64,000 bases of DNA from NCBI GenBank assembly GCA_964016885.1, contig OZ024742.1, positions 46,438,001 to 46,502,000 of the forward strand, written 5' to 3'. This document shows positions 1-13,723 of the stretch, in pieces. Below the pieces are notes generated by a model. The model did no database searches. It saw nothing but the letters and a program-made list of their open reading frames with translations, and was not told the DNA's origin. This DNA comes from Eledone cirrhosa. Lineage: Eukaryota. Position numbers and translations under genes: made by a program. How positions within the stretch are numbered: the first letter of the stretch is position 1; each line of letters begins with the position of its first letter.

Positions 1-2040
1 CATCGTTACCTGGATGCGGTGTTCGAGACGGCAGGCTTCGGACCCGTGTTCAGGGGCTGGATTGCTGCAATGCACAGCAGCAACATCTGCTCAAGGGTCA
101 ATGTTCCATATCACGCGATCCATCCGAGAGGGATGCCCTCTCTCCTTCCTTCTGTACGTACTGACTCTCGAGCCACTACTGCGGAAGTTGGAGCTATTGC
201 AGGGCATCCCCTTGGAACCTACGCCGACGACGTGACAGTAATGGTGTCGAGCACCTCGCAAATCGAGGAGGTCGGCACCTTACTGGAGGAATACGAAAGG
301 TTCACAGCTGAACCGGGACAAATCCGTCGGTTTGCAACTCCTCGGAACGTGGAGAGGCAAACTGATGTCTTCCGATGGCGCTGTCGGACGCTGGATGGAA
401 GGACGGTAAAGCTTCTCGGGGTCTGGTTTGGTCCGGACCTCCAGGTGGAGAAGAACTGGAACGAGGTGACGGCCAAGGTGTTTGCGCTCACCCAGAAGTG
501 GGCCGAGTGCAAACTATCCTTGAAAGCTCGAACGGAGGTGGCGAACACTTTTATAGCGTCCGTCATCTACTACCGCTTGACCGTCGTACCTTGTCCAGCC
601 AAAACGCTCACCAAAATGGAGTGCGCTCTCTTCCATTCCTTTGGAAGAAACGGGCTCCTTTGGTGAGAAGATCCATCTGCTGCCAACATCCTTCAAACGG
701 AGGGCTGGGGTGCAGTGGCTGACGATGCGCAAACACGCGCTCAGGCAGCAGCACCTCCACGTATTGCTCACCAGACAACCGGTGTGGGTCCCGTTCGTGA
801 GGTGAGCCTTCCCACGACTCGTCTCGCTGACCGAGCTGCAGTCCTGGGTCAAGAAAAGACCGAGGAAAATGAACGACTGGCACATCGAATGTGCTCAGGC
901 GCTCACAGCCCTCTGGCAGGCGGACCCAGCGATCAGTGGAGACTCCACTCCGACATTCTATAGAGGGTTGGTCCGCAGCAAGTGCGACGACACGCTCGGA
1001 GAAACTCTAGGCGTAGAGGAGGACGAACTGGCCAGTCTGTTCGGTAGGACCTTCCTCCCGGGACCAATGGACAACTTCCAAAAGTCCCTGGCCTGGCAGT
1101 GCCACCGAGGAGCTCTACCAGTTCCAGACAAGCTCTACAGACACGGGCGCCCGGGTAGGGACCCTTCGAAAAAGATCTGTCCGAGATGCGTGCGCGACGA
1201 GGAAACCGTCGCGCTCGCATTTGTACATTGCCCGGGCGTTACCGACCTGTGGGGCTATGTAGAACGACTATTGTCGCGGGTGGGACCAATCCAGTTGACC
1301 ACCGGGTCCATTGTCATGATCAAACCGCCACCCTCCTTCAAAAACGAGGGTGAGGTGCTTTTCCTATGTGTTATGGCTATGGTGAAAGAGGTTATATGGT
1401 TAAAAGGGCTGAGGTCTCTCCGGCGCGCAACTGATTCGTTTTTTCAAATATCATTTTGGAAGAAGAATCAGGATGGAGAGAGAGGTGCTGTACCCCAGCA
1501 AATTTTATAAAAGGTCGGTGAATGTGACAAAGATGGCCCGAGTGGTTGGGCCTTCTCTCTATATAAGCCTGTAGGTTGAGAAGAAGAGGAAGGGAGGAAG
1601 CGAGTACTCACTCTTGGTGCTCCTGGAGATGAGGGTTGTACATTTTTTCGGGGTGTGTACAACCCCTGTGTAACACCTCCCCCCTATTGGGTATTTCAAT
1701 TATTTGTTATTTTATTAATAGTTTTATTTTCATATACCTGTATGTAAGCTCCCCATTTATATTTGTCCCCTTCTTTTGTGCCCTTGTGGCTAATAAAGAA
1801 ATTTATCTTGTAAAACAACCCTGCAGTAACTTTTTCCCTACTGGGGATTTCAATTGTTATTTTATTATGGGTGTAAAACAAGCTTGCAGCAACGTTACCC
1901 CCTACTGGGGATTTCAATTGTTATTTTATTATATATAGTTTATTGTTATTTATTAATGTTAAAGTTATTTTTATGTAAAACCCCCGCCGTCACGTCTTGT
2001 AATGTCCCATTTTTGTACGCTCCTGTTTCAAATAAAGAAA
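1..2040 (+). mobile_element. Tx1/L1-clade LINE, 3' part (RT YADD region, C-terminal Cys motif, 3' UTR), frameshifted
   Basis: ORF pieces SIREGCPLSFLLYVLTLEPLL, YADDVTV, VKLLGVWFG, CPRC..EETV.LAFVHC. The 3' UTR motif cccc-ta(t/c)tggg-atttcaatt occurs three times, and the element ends at AATAAA followed by (TATC)n. Confidence 0.9.
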
Positions 2041-2267
2041 GATATCTATCTATCTATCTATCTCCGGATGGTATAGGTGTTATTCATATCGGCTCCTCGA
2101 GTATTGGAGATATTATGTGTTAACAGTAAGTGTTTGTCTGTATTCTTGCGTTTTTGTGTTAATTAACCCCCTTGCCTGGGTCTTCGGACATTAGGGTTAA
2201 TTTATTTCACCCCTTTTGGGGTGAAATTTTACATCCTAAAAATCTAATTGTCTCTACGCTAGTGGTA

Positions 2268-4150
2268 ATGGAAGGCATTACTACAGGTAACGATGACACG
2301 CCCACTAAACAAACTGAAGGAGAGCGGGTAGCGGAGGCAACAAACCTCCCTACTGAAAGAATAATGATTGTTAGAAACATTGAAAAAAATGGAGCCTAAC
2401 CCTAATGAAAAAAATGTGAAGAAATTTGACTCGGAGAAATTGCCAACATTAATGGATGCCGTTTCGACTTTTCACGGTGCCCCGCCCACCAGCAAAGGTG
2501 AAAGAGAAGTAGTAGCTGTGACTACAAGTCTCTCGGATACTGAAAATATAAGTGAAGTTTTTGAAGAAATGGAGTCTAATTCCAAAGGAAAAAAAATGTG
2601 AACGCATACACCAACATAAATAACACAAACACAACAAAAAATGATAATTGTAACAACAAAAAACAAGAAAACAACCTCATTTCGACAAATATAAACAGAG
2701 AGGGGGCGAACAAAATGACGTTCGCTCAAACCATAAAAAACCCATTGTGTATGAACCTATTGACATTTCGAACATGGCCCAGCAAATGGAAAATGCACGG
2801 AAGTATATAACTTTGGAGGAGAATGGTCTATTTTCTTTAAATTCTCCCCTAGAGCTAAAAAAGGAAAATAGCTTAAAAACTATTATTTATAGGACAATAT
2901 CAAACAAAACCCGTAAGCCAGTACAACTCACACAGACAGAGATTGAACTGGCGTTAAAAGATCATTTGAAAAACATTGTATTCATTTGGAAGGGTAGACT
3001 CTACGGTAGTCTATCCATCCGAATGAAAGATAAATTGACGGCCGAAAAACATTCCCTGGCCCCAATTGTATCCCCCTTATTTACCTTATCCCCACTTATT
3101 TGGGAAGAAAAACACAAAGATTGACCATACACAGTATCGATCCAAATATTGATTTCTGGGCGGTACTGTGTGGCCTCCTCGACTTGAAAGAGGATGCAGT
3201 AATTTCGGTAGGTAAGTCTTCCAGCAACGTGTTCGGTTGAACTAGCCTGCAAGTTCTGGTACAAATGCAGCCAAAACGAATTGCTAGGATCCTCGACCGC
3301 ATATTGCTGGATGGGCTTGCCTACTTACACATCACAGTGGAGGGTAGAGGACCCGCTTGTTACCTCTGTGGTGGCAGAGGTCACCTGAGGGCTGCCTGTT
3401 CCCAAGCAAACAAAAAAACACCGATTTTGCCTACACCAACAACTACAACACTACCAACACAACCTCCACCACCACCACCACAAAAACAACTAACACCACA
3501 AGTTAAAACACAACTGAAAACAATCCCACCCATCCCCCCACACAGAAAACAAATACAATAACACCCACACCACAAACACGAGCCGAAAATTAATCCCTCC
3601 CCTCGAATACAGAAGACGAGGGGGGGGGGGGACAATTTCATAAAGTTAAAAGAAAAAAAAGGAAACACACCACAGGAACACAAATACAAACAACCCCCCC
3701 AAGACATAACACAGACTTCAACACAAAAAAACACACAACAACAGCAAACAAAAAACATCACACAGAAAGAAAAATATGCATATACTTACATAAATACAAT
3801 AAACAAAAAACTGTTAAACGTTATTTATAATAACAACTTAATAAAAACCGAAGGTTCGAATTTCGCACAAGCAACGGGGCTTCCCCATCTAAAAATGATA
3901 AAAGCCCCAATGGACATTTACAAAACGTTAAAAGACACTTTTAAAGAGGACGTTGGGCCCCCCTGCGTCAGACCCATTAACCGTGTCCTCCTAACCCCCT
4001 CCCCCCAGACACACAGACAACTCCAAACACCCCAACCCCACAACACACCGATGCCCCTACACTTCCACAAACCACCACCCCACCCAACAACCCATCCCCC
4101 ACCCCATGGAAATTGTGCGGCCCGGTCCCCGGGACGCAGAGAGGTAAGTG
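2268..4150 (+). pseudogene. Tx1 ORF1 (gag-like, CCHC zinc knuckle), frameshifted
   Basis: ORFs 2747-3124 and 3265-3561 are homologous to ORF 56805-58223 (YRTI, V.VEGR, CX2CX4HX4C). Confidence 0.8.
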
Positions 4151-4171
4151 CCTTTTCTCTTTACCACCAAC

Positions 4172-7100
4172 ATGGCTGTGTTGAGAATAGGTTGTCTAAA
4201 TGCGCGTGGCCTGGGCTCAACTTGGAAGCAAGCAATGCTTCTAAATGACCTCAGGTCACGATGTATAAATGTGATGGTTATTTGCGAGGCCCGGATCAGC
4301 AGCGTGCGACAGCTGGCCCCCACCTTTGCACGCATCTCTCTGTCAGCCCGGAGGTGGGCGTCGGGTTGTCGTTCTGCTGCAAAAACATCTGGTTCTCGCT
4401 ACACAGACGGTACACTTGGACCCGGAGGGTCGACTAGTGGTTCTGGACCTTGGCAGTGGTGAAGGCGGAGCATTTAGGCTGGTCGCCGTCTACGGCCCTT
4501 TTGGGTTAACGCGGCCGGACTTCTTCAATCATCTGGAGACTTTTCTAGGGACGTCACGCTCCTTGCTTTTAGTGGGGGACTGGAATGGTATCCTAGATGC
4601 ACGTTGGGACTATGTAGGGGCATGTCCTGATAGGGGGGTTTGTAACAGCCTCAAGGGGTTAATCGGCCGATTCGACCTGGCCGATAGATATCGACTAGAT
4701 TTTCCGACTGTGGCAACCTGGACTTGGAGAAACCACAGCGGTCAATCTAGATCGTGCCTAGATAGGTTCTTTGTTAGAAATAAGGACAGGGACTTTTTAA
4801 GTTGTCTCAAAATGCTCATGGTTGGCTATTCAGACCACAAGTTAGTGACCTCCATGGTCAACCTTGATAGAACGCATAGACAGGGACCCGGTTACTGGAA
4901 GCTCAACTTGTCCTAACCGGCAAGTAAAGCTTACAGGAACCGGATTAGTACATTAGTTAAGGAGCGGATCGTCAACAGCAGGTGGTGGGGATCTCTCAAA
5001 AGAGAGATTAGAGTAGCTTCAATAGGAGTTAGTAAGGAGTTAGCCTCAGATAGAAATAGGAAGGAAAGGGAGTTGGTAGATAGTGTAGAAGAGGCAATTA
5101 GAAGCGGCGACGTAGCCAGAATGCTAGCGTCGAGAACGGCCTTGGGCCAGTTCTTCGACGCGAAACACGAAGGCTGCGTTGTCCGAAGCAAAATACGTGC
5201 TCTGGGAAACGAGGGGACCAAAGCTGTTAGCTGGGCCCGCGTGACAGAAGCCAAAAGTGGGACTAGATCCACTATCCGGTCTTTGCGAGACCAGGATGGA
5301 CGGGTGATCCTTTAACCTAAGCAGATGTGCGAGGCCTTTCAAAGGCACTTTGCCCGATTGTTCGGAAGGGGCGGGGGGCCGGATGGGGATGCGGACCTCG
5401 GTCCCTATCTCGACGGCCTGTCGCGTCTTTCGGACGAGGAGGCGAAGTCCTGCGAGAGGCCGATCTCAGCTGCTGATAGGGGACGTGCTGAGCCAATGCG
5501 GCAGACGCAAATCTCCGGGCCTCGATGGTCTTCCATACGAACTGTATTTAAGTATGCCGGACTTGTTCTTCGATCTCCTCGAAGCGGTCTACTGCAACTG
5601 GCAACAGAACACGGGAGAATTCCCTGTTCTGTCACCAAGGGCGTAGTCTCGCTAGTGAGGAAGGACGAGAACAAGGCGAATGAAATAAGTAATTTTAGGC
5701 CCATAACACTGCTAAATGCAGAGCTAAAGATTTTGGCCGAGGTGTTAGCAAAGGTGTTGTCATGGGCAACCTGGTGGGAGATGCGCAGACATGCGCCATC
5801 CCGTCCAGGTCCATTCACGACAACTTCCATCACCTGCGATACATCATAGAGAGTGTTGGGAACGAACCCGGCTCTGGAGGGGCCCTGATCAACTTGGATC
5901 AATCTAAGGCGTTCGATAGGGTCGACCATTGTTACCTAGATGCGGTGCTAGTGGCGGCAGGTTTCGGACCCGTTTCCAGGGGCTGGATCACAGCCATGCA
6001 CAGCAGCCGCGTCTGCTCTAGGGCCAAGGTGAACGGCTACCTCTCGGAGCCGTTCGGAATCACGCGGTCCATCCGACAGGGATTCCCTCTCTCTTCCCTT
6101 CTGTATGCATTGGCCCTAGAGCCACTGCTGCGGAAGTTGGAGTTGTTACAGGGCATCCCTTTGGAACTGGGATTGCGGAAAGCGGTGTCGGCCTATGCCG
6201 ATGACGTGACAGTAATGGTGTCAACCGCCTCGGAAATCGGAGTGATCGGCACTTTACTGGAGGAATACGAAAGGTTTACAGGGGCTAAGCTGAACCGGGA
6301 CAAGTCAGTTGGTTTGCAACTCGGCGAGTGGAGGGGCAAACCAATGGCCTCCAACGGCGTCGTCGGACGTTGGACGGAGGGCCCGGTGAAGTTGCTAGGG
6401 GTCTGGTTCGGGCCTGACCTCCAGGTGGAGAAGAACTGGGGTGAGGTATCGAACAGGGTGTTTGCGCTGACGCAGAAGTGGGCTGAGTGCAAACTATCCC
6501 TGAAAGGTTGGGAGGAGGTGGCTAACGCTTATATAGCATCCGTTATCTATTACCGCCTGGCCGTCGTGCCTTGCCCAAGGGAAACGCTCACCAAAATGGA
6601 GAGCGCACTCTTCCAATTCCTTTGGAAGAAGCGGGCTCCTTTGGTGAGGAGATCCATCTGCTGTCAACACCCTTCGAAAGGAGGGCTGGGGATGCCGTGG
6701 CTGCTGATGCGTAAACACGCATTAAGGCTACGGCACCTCCAGGTATTCCTCACCGGTCAACCGGTGTGGGCCCCGTTTGTGAGACAAGCCTTTCCGAGAC
6801 TCGTCTCGCTCACCTAGCTGCAGTCCTGGGTCAAGCAAAGACCGAGAAAACTGGGCGCCTGGCACACCGAGTGTGCCCAGGCGCTCACGGCTCTCTGGCA
6901 GGCGGACCCGGCTATCGGTGGAGACTTCACCTCGTCATTCTATAGAGGGCTGGTGGTTAGTAGGTGCGACGACGCCCTCGGACAAGCCCTAGGCATGGAG
7001 GAAGACGAACTGGCCAGCCTATTCGGGAGGATATTTGACTCGGGACCTCTGGAAGTTGTCCATAGGTCCCTGGCCTGGCAGTGCTACCGAGGGGCGCTGC

Positions 7101-7555
7101 AGACACGGGCGCCCGGGTAGGGACCCCTCGAAAAAAATCTGTCCCAGATGCGTGTGCGACGAGGAAACCGTTGCGCACGCATTGGTACACTGCTCGGGCG
7201 TTGCCGATCTGTGGGGCTATGTCGAACGACTGCTGTCACGGGTGGGACCAATCCGGTTGACCACTGAGTCCATTGTAACGATCAAGCCGCCTCCCCCTTC
7301 AAAAATGAAGGAGAGGCGGTCTTCCTCTGTGTAATAGCGATGGTGAAAGAGGTGGCATGGTGGACACGTTTGAAAGGGCTGAGGTCGGACACCTTTCTCT
7401 CCGGCCAACAACTGGTCCTTTTCTTTAAATACCATTTTAAGAGAAGGATCAGAATGGAGAGAGAGGTGCTCTACCCCAGCAAGTTTTATGAAAGGTGGGT
7501 GAAAGTAGCGAGAATGGCCCGTGTGAATGGGCCTTCTCTCTTTATCAGCCTGTAG
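4172..7555 (+). pseudogene. Tx1 ORF2 (apurinic endonuclease plus reverse transcriptase), multiple stops and frameshifts
   Basis: ORFs 4326-4916, 5073-5315, 5762-6817 and 7340-7555 are collinear with ORF 54475-56694. Confidence 0.9.
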
Positions 7556-8740
7556 GTGGAAAGGTGGAAGTGCAAAGGAGCACCCTCTCTCTGTGTTCCT
7601 AAGGAAAAGAGTTACACTTTTTCGGGGGTGTGTGTAAACTCACAAAACGCCTCCTCCCTATTGAGGACTGTATTGTTAATTTTATATTTGTTATTTGTTT
7701 TTCTTTACTCGTTCCTTTATGTAAACTCCCCCTTTGTATTTGTCCCCTTCTTTTGTGCCCTCGTGGCAAATAAATAGAAACTTATCTTTAGATCTATCTC
7801 TTTCATCATTCCAAACCCTTTCTCTCTTTATAGTCTCTCAACATTTATATAACCTTGTTTTATATGCTGTTAACAGCTCCTTAAGATTGGATTTCCATCG
7901 CACAGATAACGTTGGCAACGTGGTTTTGTTCAATCTTCACCTGGTAAAGAAATTCGTAAAATGTTTTCTTCACACAAAGAAATTCGAGCTCAAACACCAA
8001 GTTTCTGATGTTCAATGTAAATATATTCTATAAGAAAATTAACAAACTACAAACAGCTGCTATTGTTCTAGCATATAAACTTGTGTTCCCGTTATAAAAA
8101 ATCTGTTATAAACTTTATCAAATAAAATAATAATGATATAGACAATAGACAGAGAAGGCCGCCTAACGATGGCTGCGGTTTGTGAATTATTGCTTACTTG
8201 GTCTTGAGCAGATACGAAAATAGCTTAATCACATTTATAAAAGGCTACATTGTGAATTGACTAACCGAAATGTTAAAAGACATGGCACCTGGATAATAAC
8301 AGATATCGTTTTACAATCTTCTTAACTTAGTTTAAAAGCTTTGAACTCCAAAACCTGAATTTAGATAGAATGTATTGGAATCTATCTAGTGTTTTTACAA
8401 CCACAATTTTATTTTCATTGTAAGAAAGTTTTCCTAGCTTTTTCCATCACATATGTAGCTGCTGGTACAATGCAGACGTTGTCTAAAAATAGATGCTACT
8501 GTATATCTACGAAATATTGTTGTATTGTTAAGATAAGATTCATTGTTCATACCACGAAGTCTCTCGTAATAGAATCGATTTTGTCTTTCTCCTTGCACTT
8601 CTATCATTATGATTTTCATAATTTCTAGTTACGATGACAATCGAATTTATAACTAGCTGAAGAAACAAATCAATCAATATTTTAACTCGAATAATGTAAA
8701 GAAATATAGATTCTAAGTTACTTCTGATAATCTAAAATAG

Positions 8741-8811
<71 letters not shown>

Positions 8812-9198
8812 CCTCAGATATTCAAAACAACGAACAGCGGAGGACACGTTTCGCACCTTTCCGACAGACAACCTTTCCCCCACCCTGGAAAAAACCCCCA
8901 GTTGATGGATGTGAATCCGAAATATATAGGGACAATTAAATCTCTCCCAAGGTAACTCTCTCTCGTGTTGTTATTTTTATTTTTATCCTTTACGCTCTTT
9001 CCTTCATTCCTCTACACGTCTTATACACGCCACGCATCTCAACGTACACCCACTTACATCTCTCTCTCCACCACCGGATCTTGTTACCCAGAGATTTACC
9101 CATTTGCATTGTCGAGGCTTCCAAACGACTTAAAGAAATTTACCTTATTATTCCACACTGCTTCAAGCAAACTTCAATACTCTCATATATATATATAT

Positions 9199-9395
9199 AA
9201 CGAAGGAATTGTGGTAAGGAACCAGATGGACCATAACGCACCAGAGTACTCAATACTTAGGGTAGTAGAGTGGGTTATAGGAAAAAGTATGACCCCAACA
9301 GCAGAGCTCAAGCCGTTTCGACGGCTATTTCTGGACTCAGAAATAGCCGTCGAAACGGCTTGAGCTCTGCCGTCGGGGTCATACTTTTTCCTATA
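9199..9395 (-). mobile_element. Short fold-back element (IR 9276-9333/9338-9395) with hammerhead 3' half and tail
   Basis: Near-perfect 58-bp arms; GAA-ACGGC..GCCGT-C stem III and cleavage triplet; (TA)n on both sides; related copy at 46152-46320. Confidence 0.75.
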
Positions 9396-9479
9396 TATAT
9401 ATATAATGTAATGTATGAATGTATGTATATATGTGTGTGTGTGTTTGTGCATATGTATGTATATATGTATATATGCATG

Positions 9480-9630
9480 TCAGGTCGCTCTCGAATACTA
9501 CTGGTAACATGTAACCCATGGTCAGGTCGTCGGCGACCAAACCGTCAACCCCACCAGGCTTGGAGACCCTGCGAGATGAAATACAAGAGCCAGAAAAAGG
9601 CGGAGGAACTCAGCAGAATCAATGGCCATA
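9480..9630 (+). mobile_element. RTE-type 5'UTR-like repeat fragment
   Basis: Shares ggcggaggaactcag..tcaa(c/t)ggcca with 29877-30345, 32545-32800 and 52655-53090. Confidence 0.5.
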
Positions 9631-9642
9631 TATATATATATA

Positions 9643-9985
<343 letters not shown>

Positions 9986-10024
9986 ATACACGCGCACATG
10001 CACATATATATATATATATATATG

Positions 10025-10205
10025 TGAGGCCCGGGTTCAATCAGGAGTAACCACAGTAAGTAAGGTACTCAATACATTATTAGAGTGTAAACATCAAGTT
10101 TAATATAGAAATAGCTTCTACAAGACTCTAGAACTGTTTCATTCAACAGAATTTGTATGAGGAAGTTGTAGTCCTGTAGAAGCCTATTTCTATATTAAAC
10201 TTGAT
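10025..10205 (-). mobile_element. Fold-back element, same family as 18540-18845
   Basis: IR ~10093-10125/10168-10205; minus strand reads GAAACAGTTCTAGAGTCTTGTA-GAAG followed by the tail tattgagtaccttacttactgtggttac. Confidence 0.65.
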
Positions 10206-10286
10206 ATATATATAACCAATACCAATAACGACGCTTTGCCTGTTTTACAGGACTATATATATATATATAGTTTTAATATAGATGAG

Positions 10287-10333
10287 ATTCTACAGGACTA
10301 GAACTGTTTCATTCTTTAGAAATCATCAGGAAT
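10287..10333 (-). ncRNA. Type I hammerhead ribozyme
   Basis: Minus strand: ATTC CTGATGA tTTCtaaaGAAt GAA ACAG ttctagtc CTGT A GAAT. Stems I-III and the core are present; cleavage triplet GUA. Confidence 0.8.
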
Positions 10334-10494
10334 ATGGCTTTCCAAAAATAAATGTTGTGGTATTTATATCTTTTCAGGTGGTAGGAGAGGGTGGGGAGTG
10401 GGATGGGTGGAGGTCATTGGTTGAAAGAAAAGGGAATTCATTAAAAGCTAATTCTTTAAGGCTATAATTTATATTTAGAGTGACAAAGGCAGAA

Positions 10495-11000
10495 ATAATT
10501 CTATAAACATGACTTCCAATAACTTTAAGACCCGTTGGTATGCCCATACCCACTCCTTCAGAAGACCGGACAAATCAAACCAGACAACACTCGCCTCCTA
10601 TGTTTGGGACCTCAAAAGGAACTCCGCCCCTTCACGCTTAAATGGAAAATACTCCAGAAGAGCGCTCATACAACGGAGGACACAAGGGCTTCGACCTTTG
10701 TATCTCAGAGAAGTACGAAATTTTATTCGCCAAGGGCCCGCTACTGAACAAACTCTTTGAACACTGCCCGAACTGCATGCACAAAAACTTTGCAGCTTTC
10801 AAATACCTTAAGCCAGTGTTAATGCCCGATGGCTAAAAACGACTTCCCCTTTTAAAAAAAATTTTTTTTTAAAACGCCAACCGACAAAATAGCCCCTCTA
10901 CCTCCTACCCACTCCACCCCTACCCCTCCTCAACCTGAAACACGGCACTATGGTTATGTGAGTACCTCTTACCTATCTGTATTTTCTGCTTGTAGAGCTG
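10495..11000 (+). mobile_element. Hydra-like PLE GIY-YIG endonuclease 3' fragment
   Basis: TSNNFKTRWYAHTHSFR...LASYVWDLK, LKWKIL, DLCISEKYEI, LLNK; homologous to 17388-18010 and 38015-38386. Confidence 0.8.
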
Positions 11001-11200
11001 TTTTTATATGCCTGTGTATATGCGTATATTTATGAGTACATGTTTGTATCTATTTGTATGAGTGGCCGTTCGTTTGTATGCATATCGCTGTGTGTAGGTA
11101 CGTTCACACGTACCTGCATATCGGCATGTTTGTGTATGTTTGTGTGTGTGTATATATATATGTATGTATATATATATATCTATATCTATGTGTATGTGTA

Positions 11201-11269
<69 letters not shown>

Positions 11270-11339
11270 GTGTATATATATGTGTATATTTATGTATATA
11301 TATATATAGTTATGTAATAAACAACATAAGGCAATTATT

Positions 11340-11394
11340 CCATTTACCAGTGGTTTCTTAAAAGAAAAAAATTTGCTTTCAATCATCAGAATGA
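11340..11394 (-). ncRNA. Type I hammerhead ribozyme (family also at 11806 and 13086)
   Basis: Minus strand: CATT CTGATGA TTGAAAG...TTTTAA GAA ACCAcTGGT A AATG. Confidence 0.8.
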
Positions 11395-11708
11395 AAAAAT
11401 CCTGGTCTGTTTATTGAATTTGGATTTTAAAAAACAAAAATGCAATCTATATGAAAGTGAGGCACATCTGATCTGTAACTGGATTGACATTCCTATGATA
11501 ACTCAACCGCCTTGAACTCCTTGTCTGCTCTTTACTTATACTACGTTTTTTTTACCTGTTGAATCCACGTTCTCTACTCTTGTATTCTTTTTCTCCCTTA
11601 TCTCCCCTTATATTTCACCTTTTCCTATGTCATTTCCCCCCCCACTTCCCCCCCATATATTTTTTTTGCCTTACCCTTCACATACCAAAATGTATGTGTA
11701 TGTATGTG

Positions 11709-11786
<78 letters not shown>

Positions 11787-11805
11787 TAGATAGACCAGGT
11801 TTTTT

Positions 11806-11861
11806 TCATTCTGATGATTGAAGGAAAAATCTTTTGCTTTTAAGAAACCACTGGTGAATGG
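11806..11861 (+). ncRNA. Hammerhead copy with mutated cleavage triplet (GUG), probably inactive
   Basis: catt ctgatga ttgaagg...ttttaa gaaaccactggtg aatg. Confidence 0.65.
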
Positions 11862-12117
11862 AATAATTGCCTTATGTTGTTTATTACATTACTATATATA
11901 TGTATATGTATATTTTGGAGTTATATAAGGTTCATATGAATTATCTAAGATTGAGTTTTACACACACGCACACACACATATATATATATATATGTCTGTG
12001 TGTTTGTAGTTGGTTGTGCGTGTTTGTGATATGTACGTATTTGTATGTGTATAATTGTATAGCTATGTATGTATGTGTGTGTGTTTGTATATATATATGT
12101 GTGTATATGTGTATGTG

Positions 12118-12180
<63 letters not shown>

Positions 12181-12419
12181 ATGTATATGTGTGTGTATAT
12201 ATGTATATGTGTGTGTGTGTGTTTGTGTATGTATTTGTGTATGCGTATGTATGTGTTTATGTATTTGTATATGTATATTTATGTGTGAGCGTGTGTGTAT
12301 GTATTTATTTTTACGTATGTATGTGTACGTGCATTTGTGTGTATTGCTTACCACTCGTGTTTGTTCATTTATTCGTTGCTTGTATCGCTGTCAACTGTAT
12401 AATAGTTTTTATTATTTTA

Positions 12420-12490
12420 TTTTATATATAAAGTACCAGTAATGCACTGGTTATTTGCTGGCCCTGTGCCTAAAGTAGAAACAATTATTT
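12420..12490 (+). mobile_element. SINE 3' fragment
   Basis: aagtaccagtaatgcactgg..gccctgtgcctaaagtagaaacaatt matches the 3' end of 21930-22115. Confidence 0.65.
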
Positions 12491-12718
12491 TATTTTATAT
12501 ATATTTTTTCTTATATTTATTTGCGTGTGTGTATATGTAGAGGTGTGTGTATATTTTTCTAATTTTGTACATGCATATGTATGCATTTATGTATGTGTAT
12601 GTATGTACGTGTGTATATAGGTATGATTGTGTGTATGTATATATGTATGTATGTATGTATGTATATGTATGTGTGTATGGCTAAGTATGTGTATGGCTAA
12701 GTATGTGTATGTGTATGC

Positions 12719-12758
<40 letters not shown>

Positions 12759-12907
12759 ATGTGTGTATATATGTGTGTGTGGTTGTATATATGTATGTGT
12801 ATGTATGGATGTGTTGATATTTATGTGTGTATGTATGTGTATGTGTATATGTATGTGTATGTGTGTATATATATACACATATATATGTGTGTGTGTATGT
12901 ATGAGTG

Positions 12908-12944
<37 letters not shown>

Positions 12945-13085
12945 ATGTATGCATTTGTGTGTGTGTGTTTGCATGTGTGTTTTTATTTTATTTTTCCTTT
13001 CCTTCTTCCTTCTCCAGCCTCACTTTCATATAGATTGCATTTTTGTTTTTTAAAACCCAAATTCAATAAACAGACCAGGATTTTT

Positions 13086-13141
13086 TCATTCTGATGATTG
13101 AAAGCAAAATATTTTGCTTTTAAGAAACCACTGGTAAATGG
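13086..13141 (+). ncRNA. Type I hammerhead ribozyme, intact
   Basis: CATT CTGATGA TTGAAAGCAAAATATTTTGCTTTTAA GAA ACCACTGGT A AATG: long stem II and a near-palindromic minimal stem III. Confidence 0.85.
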
Positions 13142-13344
13142 AATAATTGCTTTATGTTGTTTATTACATAACTATTAAGCTCTGTTACCTACATAGAGCA
13201 CTCTTTTTTCCTGGACTTTTCCGACGGAATTACTTCATATATATATATATGTATATATATATATGCATGTATGTATATGAGTATATGTATATGTGTATAT
13301 ATATATATGTGTATGTGTGTGTTTATATATATATATATATATTA

Positions 13345-13700
13345 TTGTGTATAGTGGTAGCTATGGTGCTTCTATAGGCGGTATGCCGAAATTAGCACTC
13401 GATATTCCTCAGGGTAGAGTGTAGATATTATAAAGAAAACTAAAAATCAGTGATGCATCTGGACTTAGTTTATTTCGTGTTACAAATGTTTCGCCGGCAT
13501 GTAGTTCAAGTCATGGTCCTTGTATGGATCTGGCTAAAATTTGCTCCGGACGTAACACCCGTGCCTGAAAGAACCCGCAGAAGTAGAATCAGCCAGATCC
13601 ATCCAAGTACCATGACTCGAGCTACATGCCGGCGAAACATTTGTAACACGAAATAAACTAAGTCCAGATGCATCACTGATTTTTAGTTTTCTTTATAATA
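13345..13700. mobile_element. Fold-back element (IR 13426-13535/13591-13700) with atypical hammerhead at 13560-13650 (+)
   Basis: CGTGc CTGAAAGA ~60 nt GAA ACAttTGT A ACACG; second copy at 35250-35410. Confidence 0.7.
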
Positions 13701-13723
13701 TATATATATATATATATATATAA

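Larger units (their letters stand above)
2063..7790 (+). mobile_element. Full-length but degenerate Tx1-clade LINE (ORF1 plus APE-RT ORF2)
   Basis: ORF1 fragments with zinc knuckle CYLCGGRGHLRAAC and a Pro/Thr-rich tract; ORF2 fragments LNARGL, GDWNG, SDHK, NFRPITLLN, DQSKAFDRVDH, YADD. (TATC)n at the 5' flank and a TATC-like remnant at the 3' flank. Confidence 0.92.

Noticed and set aside
8896-8931. Hammerhead-like fold CCC CAGTTGA tGGATgtgaATCC GAA ATATAT A GGG (similar weak cases at 15900-15935 - and 20141-20210 +)
   Set aside because: Core positions are altered without compensation; at best dead relics, so not listed as features.
9480-9560. HDV-like or twister ribozyme in the RTE-like 5' segment
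   Set aside because: Only one helix (GGTCGC/GCGACC) was found; the full pseudoknot could not be assembled by eye.
11040-13377. Many long [12 protein letters not shown] ORFs here and at 15494-15873, 17945-18562, 22315-22854, 35825-37272 and 46609-47007
   Set aside because: Translation artefacts of (TA)n, (CA)n and (TATG)n microsatellites that lack stop codons.
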